The notes under the pieces were generated by a model that saw only the letters and a program-made list of their open reading frames with translations, was not told where the DNA came from and made no database searches. Of a stretch of 64,000 nucleotides of DNA, positions 1-13,356 are shown piece after piece (the stretch's first letter is position 1; each line of letters starts with the position of its first letter). The stretch comes from Mobula hypostoma (taxonomy: Eukaryota). The stretch spans positions 17,796,001-17,860,000 of the forward strand of contig NC_086118.1 of NCBI RefSeq assembly GCF_963921235.1, read 5' to 3'. Both the position numbers and the translations under genes were made by a program.

Positions 1-153
1 ATGGAACGATGTGAGTCAGCTGCACCTTTTCTCATTCCCTGTCATGCACTGTTGAACTTGAACCCCCCCACCGCCCCCACCGTCTCAGCCGGTCAGCAGG
101 AATATTGTAAATATTAAACCGGTCTGCGGTGCAAAAAAGTTTGGGGACCCCTG
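1..153 (+). mobile_element. Right end of a non-autonomous hAT (Buster/Charlie-type) element, cut by the window start
   Basis: Ends ...gcaaaaaagtttggggacccctg, like the element ending at 25451; followed by gctTAgag, fitting the nnnTAnnn 8-bp target. Confidence 0.8.
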
Positions 154-699
154 GCTTAGAGAATGTAATGGATGGGGGTGGGGGGAAGAGACAGAAAGCA
201 CTTTGAGCAGGAATTGAGAGAAAAGAAGGATAATTATTTTGAGAGTTTGGTGAAGGAAGAGTGGATCGATCCTGTATTAGGGATAGGGAAAGAGAGAGAC
301 TTTACAAATAAGCAGATGTGGGAAACAAAATACTTCCTGTTGCTTGAAGGGATTAAGTTAGAGTGAAAAAGAGGTGGTATAGGTAAGAGTGCACTGCAGA
401 TTTACTCATGACTTGCTGATAGTAATTCTGTGTCTATATTTTGAACAGTACCTTTGATTTACCATGATAAATCCTGTGGGAAAGGCTGGTTGCATTTTGC
501 AATATATAGTATGTGCATCTCCTCAAGTAATAGATAGTATGCACTAGATAATGGTATCAGAACCCGATTATCAATATAATAATTAACATTCCAGATTACC
601 TAGCTGATAACAACAGGATTTTTTTTATATGAATCAGTGATCTTAAATGCTTTGAAGAAGATGGACACACGCTGCAGCAGACAGGAAGGCTTTGCAATG

Positions 700-1814
700 G
701 GTAGTCAAAATTGCCCAATGCACCACCGGCCTCAGCCGACCAACCATCAAGGATGTATACAGAAATCTGCCAGAAAAGGGCCAGGAACATCACGTAGGAT
801 CCTGCCCACCCTGCTCATGGACTGTTTGTCCCACTCTTATCAGCAAGGACACTACTTAGCATCCATGTCAGGACCACACTGGCTCAAAAACAGTTACTTT
901 CTCCAAGCAGTAAGGCTGATCAACACCTCCTCCCACTTACCCAGTGGTTCCCAACCTCCGGGCCGCGGACTGATACCGGGCCACGAAGCATGCAGGGTGC
1001 AGTGGTAGCCGGACTGCACCCAGCACATCTTTAAGAAAAAAGCCAAAATAAACAAGCTAATTAATTAGGTGCCGCCCAGAAGCCAGTCTTCATTAGGGGA
1101 ACTGAGGTGGAGAGGGTCAATAACTTTAAATTCCTCGGCATTAAGGATCGACGTTTCTGTCTCTGAAAAGTGTCAGAGGATCTGTCCTGGGACCAGCACG
1201 TAACTGTCATTACAAAGAAAGCACGGCAGTGCCTATACTTTATTAGAAGTTTGTGTAGATTCAACATGTCACCTCGATCCTGACAGCCCTGTCTTTTCAG
1301 CTGGTCTGGGCTGGCGTTTAAATTGACCAAACAATGGAACAGCTAAAGGCTCCAGCGCCCTGGAAAAGGAGTGAACATCGCGTAGAGCAAATGAAATTGG
1401 CAATCGCCTCTGATCTGGGTCGACATTTATGTGCCAGGCGGCACCTAATTAGCTTGTTTATTTTGGCTTTTTTCTTAAAGATGTGCTGGGTGCGCTCCGG
1501 CTACTACTGCACCCCTGCATGCTCTGCGGCCCAGAGGTTGGGGACCACTGCACTAACCCACCCCTCTACACCCCCAACCACCACTACTTTTATCATTTGT
1601 CAGTCACCTTGTGTACAGACACTCTTGTGTCACTTTATGGGCATACAGCAAGTCTGTATATATAAGCTATTTTATGTATTTTTATTTATTGTGTTTCATT
1701 AATGTTATGTTCTATATCTTATTGTGTTTTTTGTTTGTGGTATATCAGATCCGGAGTACTCTTCTTTACATTTGTGCACTGGAAGTGACATTAAACAATC
1801 TTGAATCTTGAATC
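700..1814 (+). mobile_element. Rex/Babar-type LINE 3' fragment, interrupted by a hAT MITE
   Basis: RT C-terminus LKNSYFLQAVRLIN; tail aatcttgaatcttgaatc. Confidence 0.7.
942..1550. mobile_element. hAT MITE with long inverted arms and an internal LINE RT fragment
   Basis: TIR cagtggttcccaacc / ggttggggaccactg; 8-bp TSD cacttacc (934-941) / cactaacc (1551-1558); arms about 942-1078 and 1437-1550. Confidence 0.85.
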
Positions 1815-2908
1815 ACCTGTCTGTAACATTAAGAACCAATTCTGAATCCAACCCACAAACATTCAATTATGGATGCATCATTTTGTCATATTTAACTGGT
1901 TAAAGAACGTCTCTGCTACTGTTCTGAAAAACCTGAGAGCCCATAAGGAATGAACTGATAAGTGAGGAGCTTGTTTTCTTACAATAGATAGCAACATTTA
2001 ACCCTCAGTGTCCCAGTTCATGCAATATTTCAGATTGATATTTTTGATATCCTTCAGTCTTGATATTTTTATTCATTTATTTTTGCATTTTGTTCAGTTG
2101 AAGTTTGCTTTTTATAACGATTGACAATTAATGTACTTTTGGATATTAAAATAGCACTCGAGATGCATCAACTTGTCATCTTTATTGTGATTGAAATGAA
2201 TAAAGATAAAATAAATACAGATAATTCAGACAAGTTCAAACTTTACCTTAATTATTTCTTTGAGAATATATTTAAGTTAATCTCAAAAGAACTTTCATTC
2301 TCTTTTCTGTCACACCCTCCTCGCCCAGCCGTTTCTACCATCAGTGTACCCTGCTCAGATATGCCAGATTAATGGCTTACATCACTAGTTCAAATGCACA
2401 TTTTGAAAACTGCATGTGGTAGGCATAAAATGAGTGCAAAAGTGAACTCTGCTAGATTGACATTTATTGATGTCACAGAATCAGAATGTGTTTTTAAAAT
2501 ATAATTTGCCCCTAAGAAGTAGAAGTGGAAATAAAATAAGAGCAGAACTAGGTCATTCAGACTTTGATCCTGTTCATCCATGTCATAGGTGGTCCTTTGT
2601 CTCAGTATTTATTCCTTGATATCTTTTGTGTCTGTTTATTTCCTTCAGGGACTTTGCCCTCATTACTTCTGTGGTAGAGAATTACATAGGTTCACCTTCT
2701 CCCAAATGAAGAAATTTCTCTCATCACATATCTAGGGACTGTATCTTCTTTTCTCAACACTCCAGTTTATTGTGCCTGTGATTGCTCTTGGAAATGTACC
2801 ATATACTTAATTAGTAATGCCACTCTAATCTTTTTCCATAATTCATCATATTATTTCTCTTTGGGTATTTGCTCAACTACAGTTTGAAAGTCCTTCAATT
2901 TGTTTACA

Positions 2909-3695
2909 GTCATAGAAAACTGCAGCTCAGAAATGGTCTCTTTGGCCCATCTAGCCTGTGCCAAACCATTCAAACTGTGTAGTCCCATTGACCTGCCCCA
3001 GACCATGGCCCTCCATATCACTCCCATCCATGTACCTATCAAAACTTCTCTTAAACATTAAAATCACATTCACCACCTGCACTGGCAACTCGATCCACAC
3101 TCTCACCACCCTCTGAGTGGAGGTTTCCCCTCATGTTTCCCTCAAACAATTCATCTTTCACCCTTCATCCATTGTAAATTTTCTTTCAATCTTATTTGCA
3201 TCTTTCCTGTAGGTAAGTGACCAAAGTTACACATGATACTCCAAATTAGGCCTACCTAACCTCTGTGACAATGTCAACATAGCATTACTGCTGTTATACT
3301 CAATTATTTGATCTGTGAAGGCCAATGTGCCAAAAACTGTCTTTATGATCTTCTCTACCTCTGATGCCACTTTCAATGGATTATAGACCTGGATTCTCAG
3401 ATCCCTTTGTTCTACCAAACTCCTCTGCCCTACTGCTCACTGTGCAAGACCTGCCCTGGTTGGTCCTGGCAAAGGTAACACTTCACACTTGTCTGCATTA
3501 AATCCCAGCTGCCATTTTTCAGCCATTTTTTCCAGCTGGTCTAGATCCTTTTGGGACTGGTGTTTGTCATCTATATCAACAATTTGGATGATATTGTGGT
3601 TAACTGTATCAGTAAATTTGCAGGTGAAAAAACAAGATTGGGGGTGTAGTGGACAGCGAGAAAGACTATCAAAGCTTGCAAAAGGATCTAGACCA
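2909..3695 (-). mobile_element. CR1 LINE 3' fragment; the 5'-most piece (about 3555-3695) is inverted
   Basis: Minus-strand KDLDQLEKMAEKWQLGFNADKCEVL and RDLRIQV...RPNLEY; plus-strand FVIYINNLDD piece. Confidence 0.85.
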
Positions 3696-3807
3696 TCAGA
3701 ATGGTAGATTTTCAACAGAGCAAACCAAAATGAGGAGCATTCAAGGCAAGTCAGGGAAATGATAATAAAGAGTGGCAAGAAAAAAGTCCTGGCTTTTTAA
3801 AAAAAAT

Positions 3808-4444
3808 AAAGCCAGGACTTTTTTCTTGCCACTCTTCCATAAATACCTTTTTATGCAAGGCCATGAACTTCATCTCCAGTTGAAGCCACTGACTTCTGCA
3901 GCTCACTCAGAATGACTGTTGGTGTCACAGTAGTCTCTCTTACAACTGCCATTTTAAGTTCAGAGGTGTGGCTGTGGTTTCATATTTTTTTCCACTTTTT
4001 CCCTCAATGGACTGCACTGAGCTCCAAGGTGTGTTCAGTGCATTTGAGATGGTCTTGTACCCTTCCCCAGATTTATGCTTCTTTATTATTATTTCCCTGA
4101 CTTGCCTTGAATGCTCCTCATTTTTGTTTGCTCTGTTGAAAATCTACCATTCTGATGGACTTTACAGAGAGAGGTGATCCTCCAAGGTTATACGTATACC
4201 ACACCTGAGGAAAATTAGTGTGAATACAATTACAAAGGGGATAAATACTTTTTCAGCCCCACAATTTTGGTTTTCAAATTTTAATAAATTGTTGACCGGT
4301 TTTGTCATTTTTCTTTTGAATTAACATGATGTAGTTCTGTAGATCAATTTGAAAAATCCTACTTCAATACATTTTAAATTTAGAAAATGAGACAATAAAA
4401 TGTGAAAATAGTTATGGGGGCTGAATACTTTTCAAGGCACTGTA
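3808..4444 (-). mobile_element. Tc1-like DNA transposon remnant (one end)
   Basis: Terminal ggggctgaatacttttcaaggcactg+TA; inner repeat ggggataaatactttttc; resembles the Tc1 at 42687-44266. Confidence 0.75.
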
Positions 4445-7400
4445 CAACCAAATGAAACAATAACCCTCTGAACTGTGGTGCTCCCACAATACATAACTAT
4501 ATCAAACGCACATGAAACAAAATATTACCACAAATCAGTAAGAAATAATTCAAAATGCATGTGAAATGCGTAGCACAAGTAAACAGCTCTCTGTCCTAAT
4601 GATGGGGCCAAGGTGGTGGCAGGACATTCATTAGGTCTTACAGCCTGAGGGAAGAAGCTATTCCCAGACTGGTGGTCCTAATCCTGATGCTCCTCTACCT
4701 TCCTCCGATGGGTGGTAGTGATCCTCAACAATGCTTAGGGCCCTTTGTATACAAAAGCTCCCTGCAAATGTCACAAATAGGGGGGAGAGGGACCGTGGTG
4801 TTCCACTTGGCGGTTTTTACTGTCCTCTGTAAGGTTTTGCAGTCTTCAGTTCCACACAATGATACAGATAGACAGGACAGTATTGATGGTGCTCCTGTAG
4901 AAAGGAGTTAGAATGGGGGTGGGTAGCCTTGCACAATTCAATCTCCTCAGAAAGTGTGGACGCTGCTGTGCTTTCTTGACTAATGAGGTGGTGTGGTGAC
5001 TACGGTCACAGATCCTGCAACCCAGCTGGGTCGTTGGGGTGCAGTACAGATAAGCACTGCACCGGTTGCCTCTATCTCTCACGGTTGTGGGTGAGTGCCC
5101 GGGTTGTGGCAAAGCTTTCTCTGGTCCACTATGCAATGCTGTCTCTCCATTTCTTCCTCTGTCTGTCCCCATTTTCTCCCTGCACCATTCCCTGAAGAAT
5201 GGTCTTTGAGAGTCCACTTGATCTTTTTACGTGGCCTTGCCATCTGTTTCCTCTTCTTTACTGTGGACAGTAGATCTTAGTAGTGTCTCATGTGCTGGGT
5301 GATGGTTCTTCATACTTCATCATTTGAGACATGGTCTGTATAGAAGATGCTGAGGAGCCTTCTGAAGCATCTCATTTTTACTGCCTGGACCTTCTTTTGC
5401 AGTTCTGCTGTCAAGTCCATGATTCGCATGCATACCAGCATGGCGGGTCCAGGTTAAATCATCTGATATGTGCACACCAAGAACTTCGTGCTCTTCACTC
5501 CCTCCACAGCAGAGCCATTGAACACCTCCCTGAAGTCCACGATGATCTCTTTTGTCTTCTCCACATTGAGACTCAGATTGTTGTTCTCACACCATTTGAC
5601 AGCCCCTCCACCTTCTCTCTGTATGCTGACTCATCATTGTTGCCAATGAGGCCAGCCCCTGTTGTATCACCTGCAATCTTGACGTGGCTTGAGCTGGATC
5701 TAGCAGAGCAGTCGTGAGTCAGCAGCGTGAACAGCAGTGGGCTGAGTACACAGCCCTGGAGAGGGGGCACCAGTATTGATGGAGCTTGAGATGTAACAGT
5801 GAGAAAAGGGCATGCCCTGGGTACTGGAGGTCCTTAATAATGGATGCTGCCTTTCTGAGACATTGCTCTTTGAAGATGTCCTGGGTACTTTGGAGTCTAG
5901 TACCTAAGATGGAGCCAACTAAATTCACGACCCACTGCAGCTTCTCTCAGTCTTGTGCAGTAGCCCCCCCCCATCCCATACAGGCAGAGATCTATAAAAG
6001 TTTTTGAGTGTATTTGTTGACATACCAAATCTCTTCAAACTCCTAATGAAGTATAGCTGCTACCTTGCCTTCTTTATAGCTGCCTCAATACGTTGGGACC
6101 AGGTTAGGTCCTCAGAGATCTTGACACCCAGGAGCTTGAAGCTGTTCACTCTCACCACTTCTGATCCCTCTATCAGGATTGGTGTGTGTTCCTTCATCTT
6201 ATCCTTCCTGAAGTCCACATTCAGCTCTTTCGTCTTACTGACGTTGAGTGCAAGGTTGTTGTTGTGACACCACTCCACTAGTTGTCGTATCTCGCTCCTG
6301 TACGTCCTCTCTCCTCTATCTGAGATTCTACCAACAATGGTTGTATCATCAGCAAGTTTATAGTTGGTATTTGAGCTATGTGAGTGACACAGTCATGAGT
6401 ATAGAGAGACAGTAGAGCAGTGGGCTAAGCACACACCCCTGAGGTGCACCAGTGTTGATCATCAACGAGGAGAAGATATTATCACCAATCTGCCCAGATT
6501 GTGGCCTTCCAGTTAGGAAGTTGAGGATTCAGTTTCAGAGGGAGGTACAGAGGTCCAGGTTCTGCAACTTCTCAGTCAGGATTGTGGGAATAATGATATT
6601 AAATATTGAGCTATAGTACATGAATAGCATCCTGACATAGGTGTTTGTATTGTTCAGGTGATCTAAGGCCATGTGAAGAGTCATTGAGATTGCATCTGCC
6701 ATTGATCTATTGTGAGTAATAGTTGTTAAGGCAGCTCACATTATTCTTCTTTGGCACTGGTATAATTGTTGCCTTTCTGAAGCAAGTGGGAACTTCCACC
6801 CGTAGCAGTGAGAGGTTGAAAATGTCCTTGAATACTCCCGCCAGTTGGTTGGCACAAGTTTTTAGAGCCTTTCTAGGTACTCCATCTGGGAAGTTCTGCC
6901 TTGTGAGGGTTCACTCTCTTTAAAGACAGCCTAACATCAGCCTCTGAGATAGAGATCCCGGGGTCATCAGGTGCAGCGGGGATTTTCACAGTTGTAGTTA
7001 TCTTCTCCCTTTCAAAGTGGGCATAGAAGGCATTGAGTTCATCTGGTAGTGAAGTATCGCTGCCATTCATGCTATTGGGTTTTGCTTTGAAGGAAGTAAT
7101 GTCTTGCAAACTTGCCAGAGTTGTTGTACATCTGATGTCGCTTCCAACCTCATTAGAAGTTGTCTCTTTGCCCTTGAAATAGCCCTCCACAAATCATACC
7201 TGGTTTTTCTGATGCAGACCTGGGTCACCAGACTTAAATGCCACAGATCTAGCCTTCAGCAGATAATGTACCTCTTGGCTCATCCATAGCTTTAGATTTG
7301 GGAATGTACAGTAAGCCTTTGTAGGCACACACTCATCCACACAGGTTTTAATGAAGTCGGTACCCACTGCAGCATAATCATCCAGATTCGAAGATGAATC

Positions 7401-7660
7401 CCTGAATACAGTCCAGTCCACCGATTCAAAGCAGTCCTGTAAGTGCTTCTGTGCCTCCGTTGTCCATACCTTCTTCGTCCTTGCTACTGGTGCTGTAGTC
7501 GTCAGTCTCTGCCTGTACTCAGGGAGTAGAAGTACAGCCTGGTGATCAGACTTCCCGAAGTGAGGGGATGGAATAGCACAGTAGGCATTCTTGATGGTGG
7601 TGAAACAGTGGTTCAGTGTGTTGTTTACTCTGGTATGCAAGTGATCTGTTGCTGCAGCTT
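4445..7660 (-). mobile_element. Cluster of Rex/Babar LINE fragments (endonuclease to RT) with an RTE-clade fragment at about 5230-5440
   Basis: [72 protein letters not shown]-like YACESWTLTAELQKK. Confidence 0.85.
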
Positions 7661-9354
7661 TTTGTTTGTTTTCACTGCCCTCTCAAATAATGCATCCCAA
7701 ACCATAACAACTTGTTTTAGTGCCTAAGAAAATAGTCGGACAGAATAGCTCCTTCATGAAATTATACAAGTTGTCTTCTTAGCCAAATTATTGTGATATG
7801 TGATATGGCTCATTCGTTAATTTATATTTTAAATGAAATTGAAGTATTATTATTCTCATTATAGTGAATGGTTGTGTGAACAATTAAAAAAAACCTGTAT
7901 ATCTTCTGAAAGTTGAATAACGGAGATGATCAAAATTCTCCAGTAGTACAGCTGCTGATAGTTCTTGCATATAGCCATGTTCTGTCTCATTCATTCTGCT
8001 GAGGTTGTATTTAAACCTGTCACCAGAGGGAGCCATCTACTGACACTTGGCAAAGACATATTTAAATAACTGAAAATCCATAAAAATTTGAAGTGAAACA
8101 GAAAATTCCAGAGACATTTACTAGACCAGGCAGACTCCGTGAAAAGCCAAATATCAACCTTCGGTGAATATTTTCAGCTTTTTCTGTTTTTACTACCTGT
8201 TGACAAAGCTTTTCTGAGTTTGTTATTCTATCGGTACAGAAGTTGTAAACAGAAATAAACCCAAAACCTTTTTATATTTGAATCAAAATGCATCGCAGTG
8301 TGCTCTACTTGCCTACAAAATCATCAGAGCCCATTGATCACATCATTATAAGTACTCGGAGCGGCAGTGGTTGGATAATATGTTGCCTTGCTAGCAATGC
8401 CCAAATACAAGGAAAAGATGCTATTTTAATAACAAAGTTTACAGATATTTTACAAATTCATTGTGCACATGTCTACTCTCTTCATTCTTGTCCTTGGTTT
8501 ATTAACACGCGGGTCACTAGTCCCAAGGTTTAGTGATTCATATCAGGATATTTGTCTGCTTAATGCTGCTGTATAACCAAGGAGTATTACTGATTTCCTG
8601 TTCAACCAATCCTCAAAGCTTGGCAATAAAAGCAATTTTGGAAATGCAAGTTTTTTTTTCATATTTTGTGTGCATTTTGCCATCCAATGTGTATCCCTGT
8701 TGTGGAGTCAGTAAGAAGGGAAACGTCTGCATGGGACCTATGGGACCACCAACGAGCATGGATATATCTCCAGTCCTTGACTGCCCTGTATGGTTTGAAA
8801 ATGATCTAAGTACCCCCTTGTATGAATTATACTCCGACACCCATGCTGCTTCTTCTTGGACTCGTAGCTCCCAGTAGAGCATACGCCATTGAGGACCTCG
8901 CTGGTGGAGTTCTTCGATGTTTCTTTAATCCATTCTATACACCGTGAAGGGGATTGGCCTACACAGCTTCCCCAGAGACCCAATGGCTGACCTTACCTGT
9001 TTCCACCTCTAACAACGGGGATGTAGGTTTTTGAGAGGTCGACTCCCATCCTTGGATCCTGAATTATGCTTGTGTTAGGGATATAAAGATCAGACATTTT
9101 CAAGTGTTCTGTCTTTTTACTTTCCAGTTTTCACTTCCATGAGGAAAAATTAACAGGTACTGACCTTGGGAGTTAACACGTTCCACATTGAGGCAAGCAA
9201 GTGTTAAGGCCCTGAATCAGTGTCGGTGGAAGTCTTGCTTCAGGGCCAGAAAGCTGTGTATTTAAGTTTTGACAAAAAGGCAATAATCTAGAGTAATAAC
9301 CTGGCACAGTGCTGAGATGCTTCTATTCTGTTGGAGGCGCCATATGAGACTGGA

Positions 9355-9660
9355 ATAGATAGATAGACATACTTTCTTGATCCCAAGGGAAATTGGGTTT
9401 CGTTACAGTTGTACCAACCAAGAATAGAGTATAAATATAGCAATATAAAACCATAAATAATTAAATAATAATATTTAAATTATGCCAGATGGAAATATGT
9501 CCAGGACCAGCCTATTAGCTCAGGGTGTCTGACCCTCCAAGGGAGGAGTTGTAAAGTTTGATAGCCACAGGCAGGAATGACTTCCTATGATGCTCAGTGT
9601 TGCATCTCGGTGGAATGAGTCTCTGGCTGAATGTACTCCTGTGCCCAAGCAGTACATTAT
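9355..9660 (-). mobile_element. LINE 3' end (Rex-like) with (TATC)n tail
   Basis: atagatagatagacatac tail followed by LINE-like 3' sequence. Confidence 0.55.
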
Positions 9661-9778
9661 CAGGCACAGACTGCTCTCTCAGATAGGAACAGAAAGGATC
9701 CCATTATGTTTTCTCTCTGTATGGTGAAGTTCAGAATGTGGAGCTATTTGTTATGTTACTATGTTGGTGTTCCCACAG

Positions 9779-9936
9779 GTGAAATCGATTCAAGATGCAA
9801 TCCGAGACAAAAAATCCCGTTTCAACTTCATGGGTGAAGAGATTAATCTGACCCTGTCTGTTGGGATCTTTATCACAATGAATCCTGGATATGCAGGACG
9901 CACAGAACTACCTGAGAATCTGAAGGCCCTGTTCCG
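9779..9936 (+). CDS. DNAH9: Dynein heavy chain exon A (AAA1 C-terminal part)
   Basis: cccacag|GTG...TTC CG|gtgagt; [52 protein letters not shown](R); absent from the ORF track. Confidence 0.97.
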
Positions 9937-10564
9937 GTGAGTGTCCACATTCAGCAGATCCACTGGTAGGAGCACCAGGTCCATGACTGTTGTATTGTAA
10001 GTTGTGTTACTGAATGCCATGGAACCTGTTAGCCACCCAGTGGCTTAACAACTGCACACTGTCTTTAGCGGAAAATATTTAAAAATGATCAATCATTGTA
10101 TAGTACAGGTATCACTACATGGACTACACAATATTTTCATAGATATTTTTTGAATAAAATTGATTTTGAATAAGGTCAGTAATTCCCCAGACACTGTCAA
10201 TAAGTTTCTCCAGAGTGCATAAGGCTGTTGCTGTTTGAATCACATCATACCTTTCCTGAAGCAGTGTTGACTTTATGACTGTGACTGTACTAACAGTGAA
10301 AAGGTAGCGTCACTGCGTACTGGATATTCTCTGCCTTATGAGGTGTGAAAGTGATCATCCTTATTTTTGTGCATCTCTAATTTGTTAGCAATATGGACGT
10401 TATCGCAGGGGGGCACTCGACTTTTAAAGTGAGCTTAGTTAGTTTGGGGTGAGGAAAAAATGTGGAGTCTATGTTAGTTTTGTAAAAAGACTCCAGCCAG
10501 AAATGTTTTGTTGAGAAGGAGGCTCAACATATAGTAGAAATGTGTCAAAGTTTTCTGGTCCTGA

Positions 10565-10803
10565 TGCACTATCAATTACTCCACAAGACTGGAAGTAGAG
10601 TAAATACTGAATGGCTTTTATTAACAGTAAAATGGATCCATGTCCATGCTGTATGTCTGTCCTGGACTGAGGGACGAGTAGTGACACAATCGCCTTTATT
10701 CAGGGGTCTGTGGGAGGAGCCACAGGAGCAGTCAGCAGAGGGGCGTGTCCAGGCATGTCCAGACAGGTAACCCAGTTACAACCTATATACATGGTTTACC
10801 ACA
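10565..10803 (-). mobile_element. Probable solo LTR fragment
   Basis: Reverse strand begins TGTGGTAAACC and contains AATAAA signals; left boundary and TSD unresolved. Confidence 0.4.
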
Positions 10804-10895
10804 AGTCCGTGAGCTTCTGACATTGTGGTGAGTAGAGCTCATGGAGAGAGAGAAGTTGGAAGCATGTTGTGGTGGGATCATGGAGAATGATTATG

Positions 10896-11075
10896 GAACA
10901 TAAGAAATGAGAGCAGGAGTAGGCCATCTGGCCCGTAGACCCTTCTTCACCATTCAATAAGATCATGGCTGATCTGACCAAGGGCTCATCTCCATCTACC
11001 TGCCTTTTCCCCATAACCCTTAATTCCCCTACTATGCAAAAATCTATTCAACTTTCTCTTAAATAAATTTACTGT
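10896..11075 (-). mobile_element. CR1 3' end
   Basis: LFKRKLNRFLHSRGIKGYGEKAGRW; 3'UTR similar to 18440-18588. Confidence 0.8.
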
Positions 11076-11879
11076 GACTGGGATTGCAGGGTTTTTATAT
11101 ATTGAGGATGGTGACGGCTGGCTGGAGAGTAGCTGGAGTGGGCACAGAGAAATTGAGGAGGAGATCAGAGTGAGGAGCATTGGCAGCAGGTTTGGTGGGA
11201 TGAGGACTCCCTGGCAGTTATCCAAGTTAAATTATATGCCCTTTAAGCAATGCCATACCTGGACTTAATCTTCTTGTTAAGGGTTTCTTTAGTGTGAACC
11301 TTGTCTATGCAGTAGAATTTTGTGCATTTGATTCAAGATAAGGGTTGGATGCTATTTGACATCACAGTGTCTGCCCAATGTCTTTTATGAAGAACTGTGC
11401 CAAACAAGTGATGGGTCCACATCTAATTTAAGAAAGTATGCTACTGGTGCACTATGTCCTGATCATATTTGAGGCCGTACATAAAAATATTTCATAATGT
11501 GAAAGCCTTTTTAGGTCACTAGCTTTATAACAGCCAGTCAGGATATTTTTCATTTCTACTTTACGACAGAAGGATAAAATGTGTCTTTGTTTTAAGTTAA
11601 TTATTTTTTCAATAGGGCCATATTTTTCCATAGGTTTAATCAGCAAATCTTTGCACAGATTTCATCATATGATAACTATACCCAGTGCCATAGAAAATTT
11701 CCCAGCAAGATGCCTTATCTACTTTCCTCCCTTACCCTCTGCACCAAGCACTATCTCAATGGTTCTGTTGAACTTCCTGCAGAACCACCCTGCTACAAGT
11801 CATTCTCTGACCATTTCTTTACATTCTGCTCTATCTATGTGTACTTCCTTGCATGACATTAGAGATGGTACGAAAGATA

Positions 11880-12671
11880 TGGTAGATTCCAGTTAATTGC
11901 GAAACTTCAGGACCAGGACATTTTGGCCCAATTAGTCGAAGTTTCATGGAAATAGTTTTTAAAAAAGTATAAAAAGAGAAACTACTGATTAACTGAGTAA
12001 CAAATTATGTATTTAAATGAAATACAGAACAAATTAGAACATTGCCAATGCTACTACAGTACTATAACCTATATATTGGTTCCTAATGTTTATTGACAGA
12101 GAAATTCATCCTGTGTATACTGGGTGTTCTGTTGATTGACTGTAAATGAACAGAATCAGTACAGTCACCTGGTGCAGATAATGGCTGCCTTCATATAATG
12201 CTTTCAATGATTGCATTTTCGAAATCTTCATTTTCTTTGTAACATTCAAGATGATAGCCAAGCATTCAAATTCTTCATTGTTCCCAGTGAAATCATTTCA
12301 TTTTCACTCATGGCCATTTCTGGCACCTCTAAGCTTGAATGCTTGAAACCTCAAAGAGTGAAACAGTTCTGAATTGTCTTACTGCTAAGTTCTTGCTAAC
12401 TATTAGTGACAATAATTATGTTTTTTAAACACAAAGACACACAACTGATGCTATTTAAAAACTTTTTGCTCTAAACACTGTGGTGTCTAACAGATCAACG
12501 CTAGTTAGAAATTGTTCAGAAAGTCTCCTGCCCCAATTAAGCGCCATATTGTCCCAAATAAACAAAATAAATCCTGGATATATTCTTGATTAGTTTTCTT
12601 TCTTGAAGAGTTGTCCAAAAGAAAAGCGACTGCCCCCATTAATTGATGGCCCAATTAAATGGAATCTTCTG
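11880..12671. mobile_element. Non-autonomous Tc1/mariner-superfamily (Tigger/pogo-like) element
   Basis: Imperfect TIR TA-tggtagattccagttaattg / caattaaatggaatcttctg; internal cccaatta repeats. Confidence 0.6.
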
Positions 12672-13003
12672 GTGTTATATTGATTAACAGTGTATAAGAG
12701 AATTATAATACGGAAATGCATCCTTTGGCTCAAGTTGTGGATGCCAGTCATGATATCTACCTATCCTAACCTCATTTTCCTGTCTTTGGTCTTGTTCCTT
12801 CTAAATCTTTCCTATCCATCCACCTGTCCAAATGTCTTCTGAATATTGCAATTGTACCTGCCTCTGTCACCTCCATTGGCAGCATGTTCCATATATCTAC
12901 CATCTGCTGTGTGGAAAAACTCTCTTCCCAGATCACTTTTAAATTTTACCTCTCTCATCTTTCACTCTGCTCTCTAGTTTTAAACTTCTCTACCCTAGAA
13001 AAA

Positions 13004-13356
13004 GGGTGGCTGGAGATGCATCTCTAGCAAAAGAGGTGTAAGGTGCTCCTTCTATCCGCTAGCATGCAGGTCACCCTTGGACAAGGTATAGCACCTGCTT
13101 AACCATGGGAGCAGGAGGTGGATGGACGTATGAGCAAATGGTGCGTATCCCAAGTCCTGGTGAGCAACCCCTGACACCAGGCAGACAATCTCTGAAGAGT
13201 ATGGATAATGGCTGGGGTCACCTGTCTTGTAAATAAATTGCCCAGAAGAAGGCAATGGCAAACCACTTCTGTAGAAAAAATTTCCAAGAACAATCATGTT
13301 CATGCAAAGACCATGATTGGCCACGTCATGGGACACAACACTTAATGAATGAACGG
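13004..13356 (+). mobile_element. RTE-related SINE inserted in a decayed minus-strand CR1 3' end (about 12690-13720)
   Basis: gaaggcaatggcaaaccacttct motif typical of RTE/BovB-related SINEs; tail aatgaatgaac; TSD-like accctagaaaaa (12992-13003) / accctaagaaaaa (13357-13369). Confidence 0.65.

Noticed and set aside
8533..9060. Overlapping ORFs suggesting a nested gene
   Set aside because: No convincing splice structure or recognisable protein; scattered words (LYEL, GPRW) hint weakly at a decayed Tx1/L1 fragment. BLASTx would decide.
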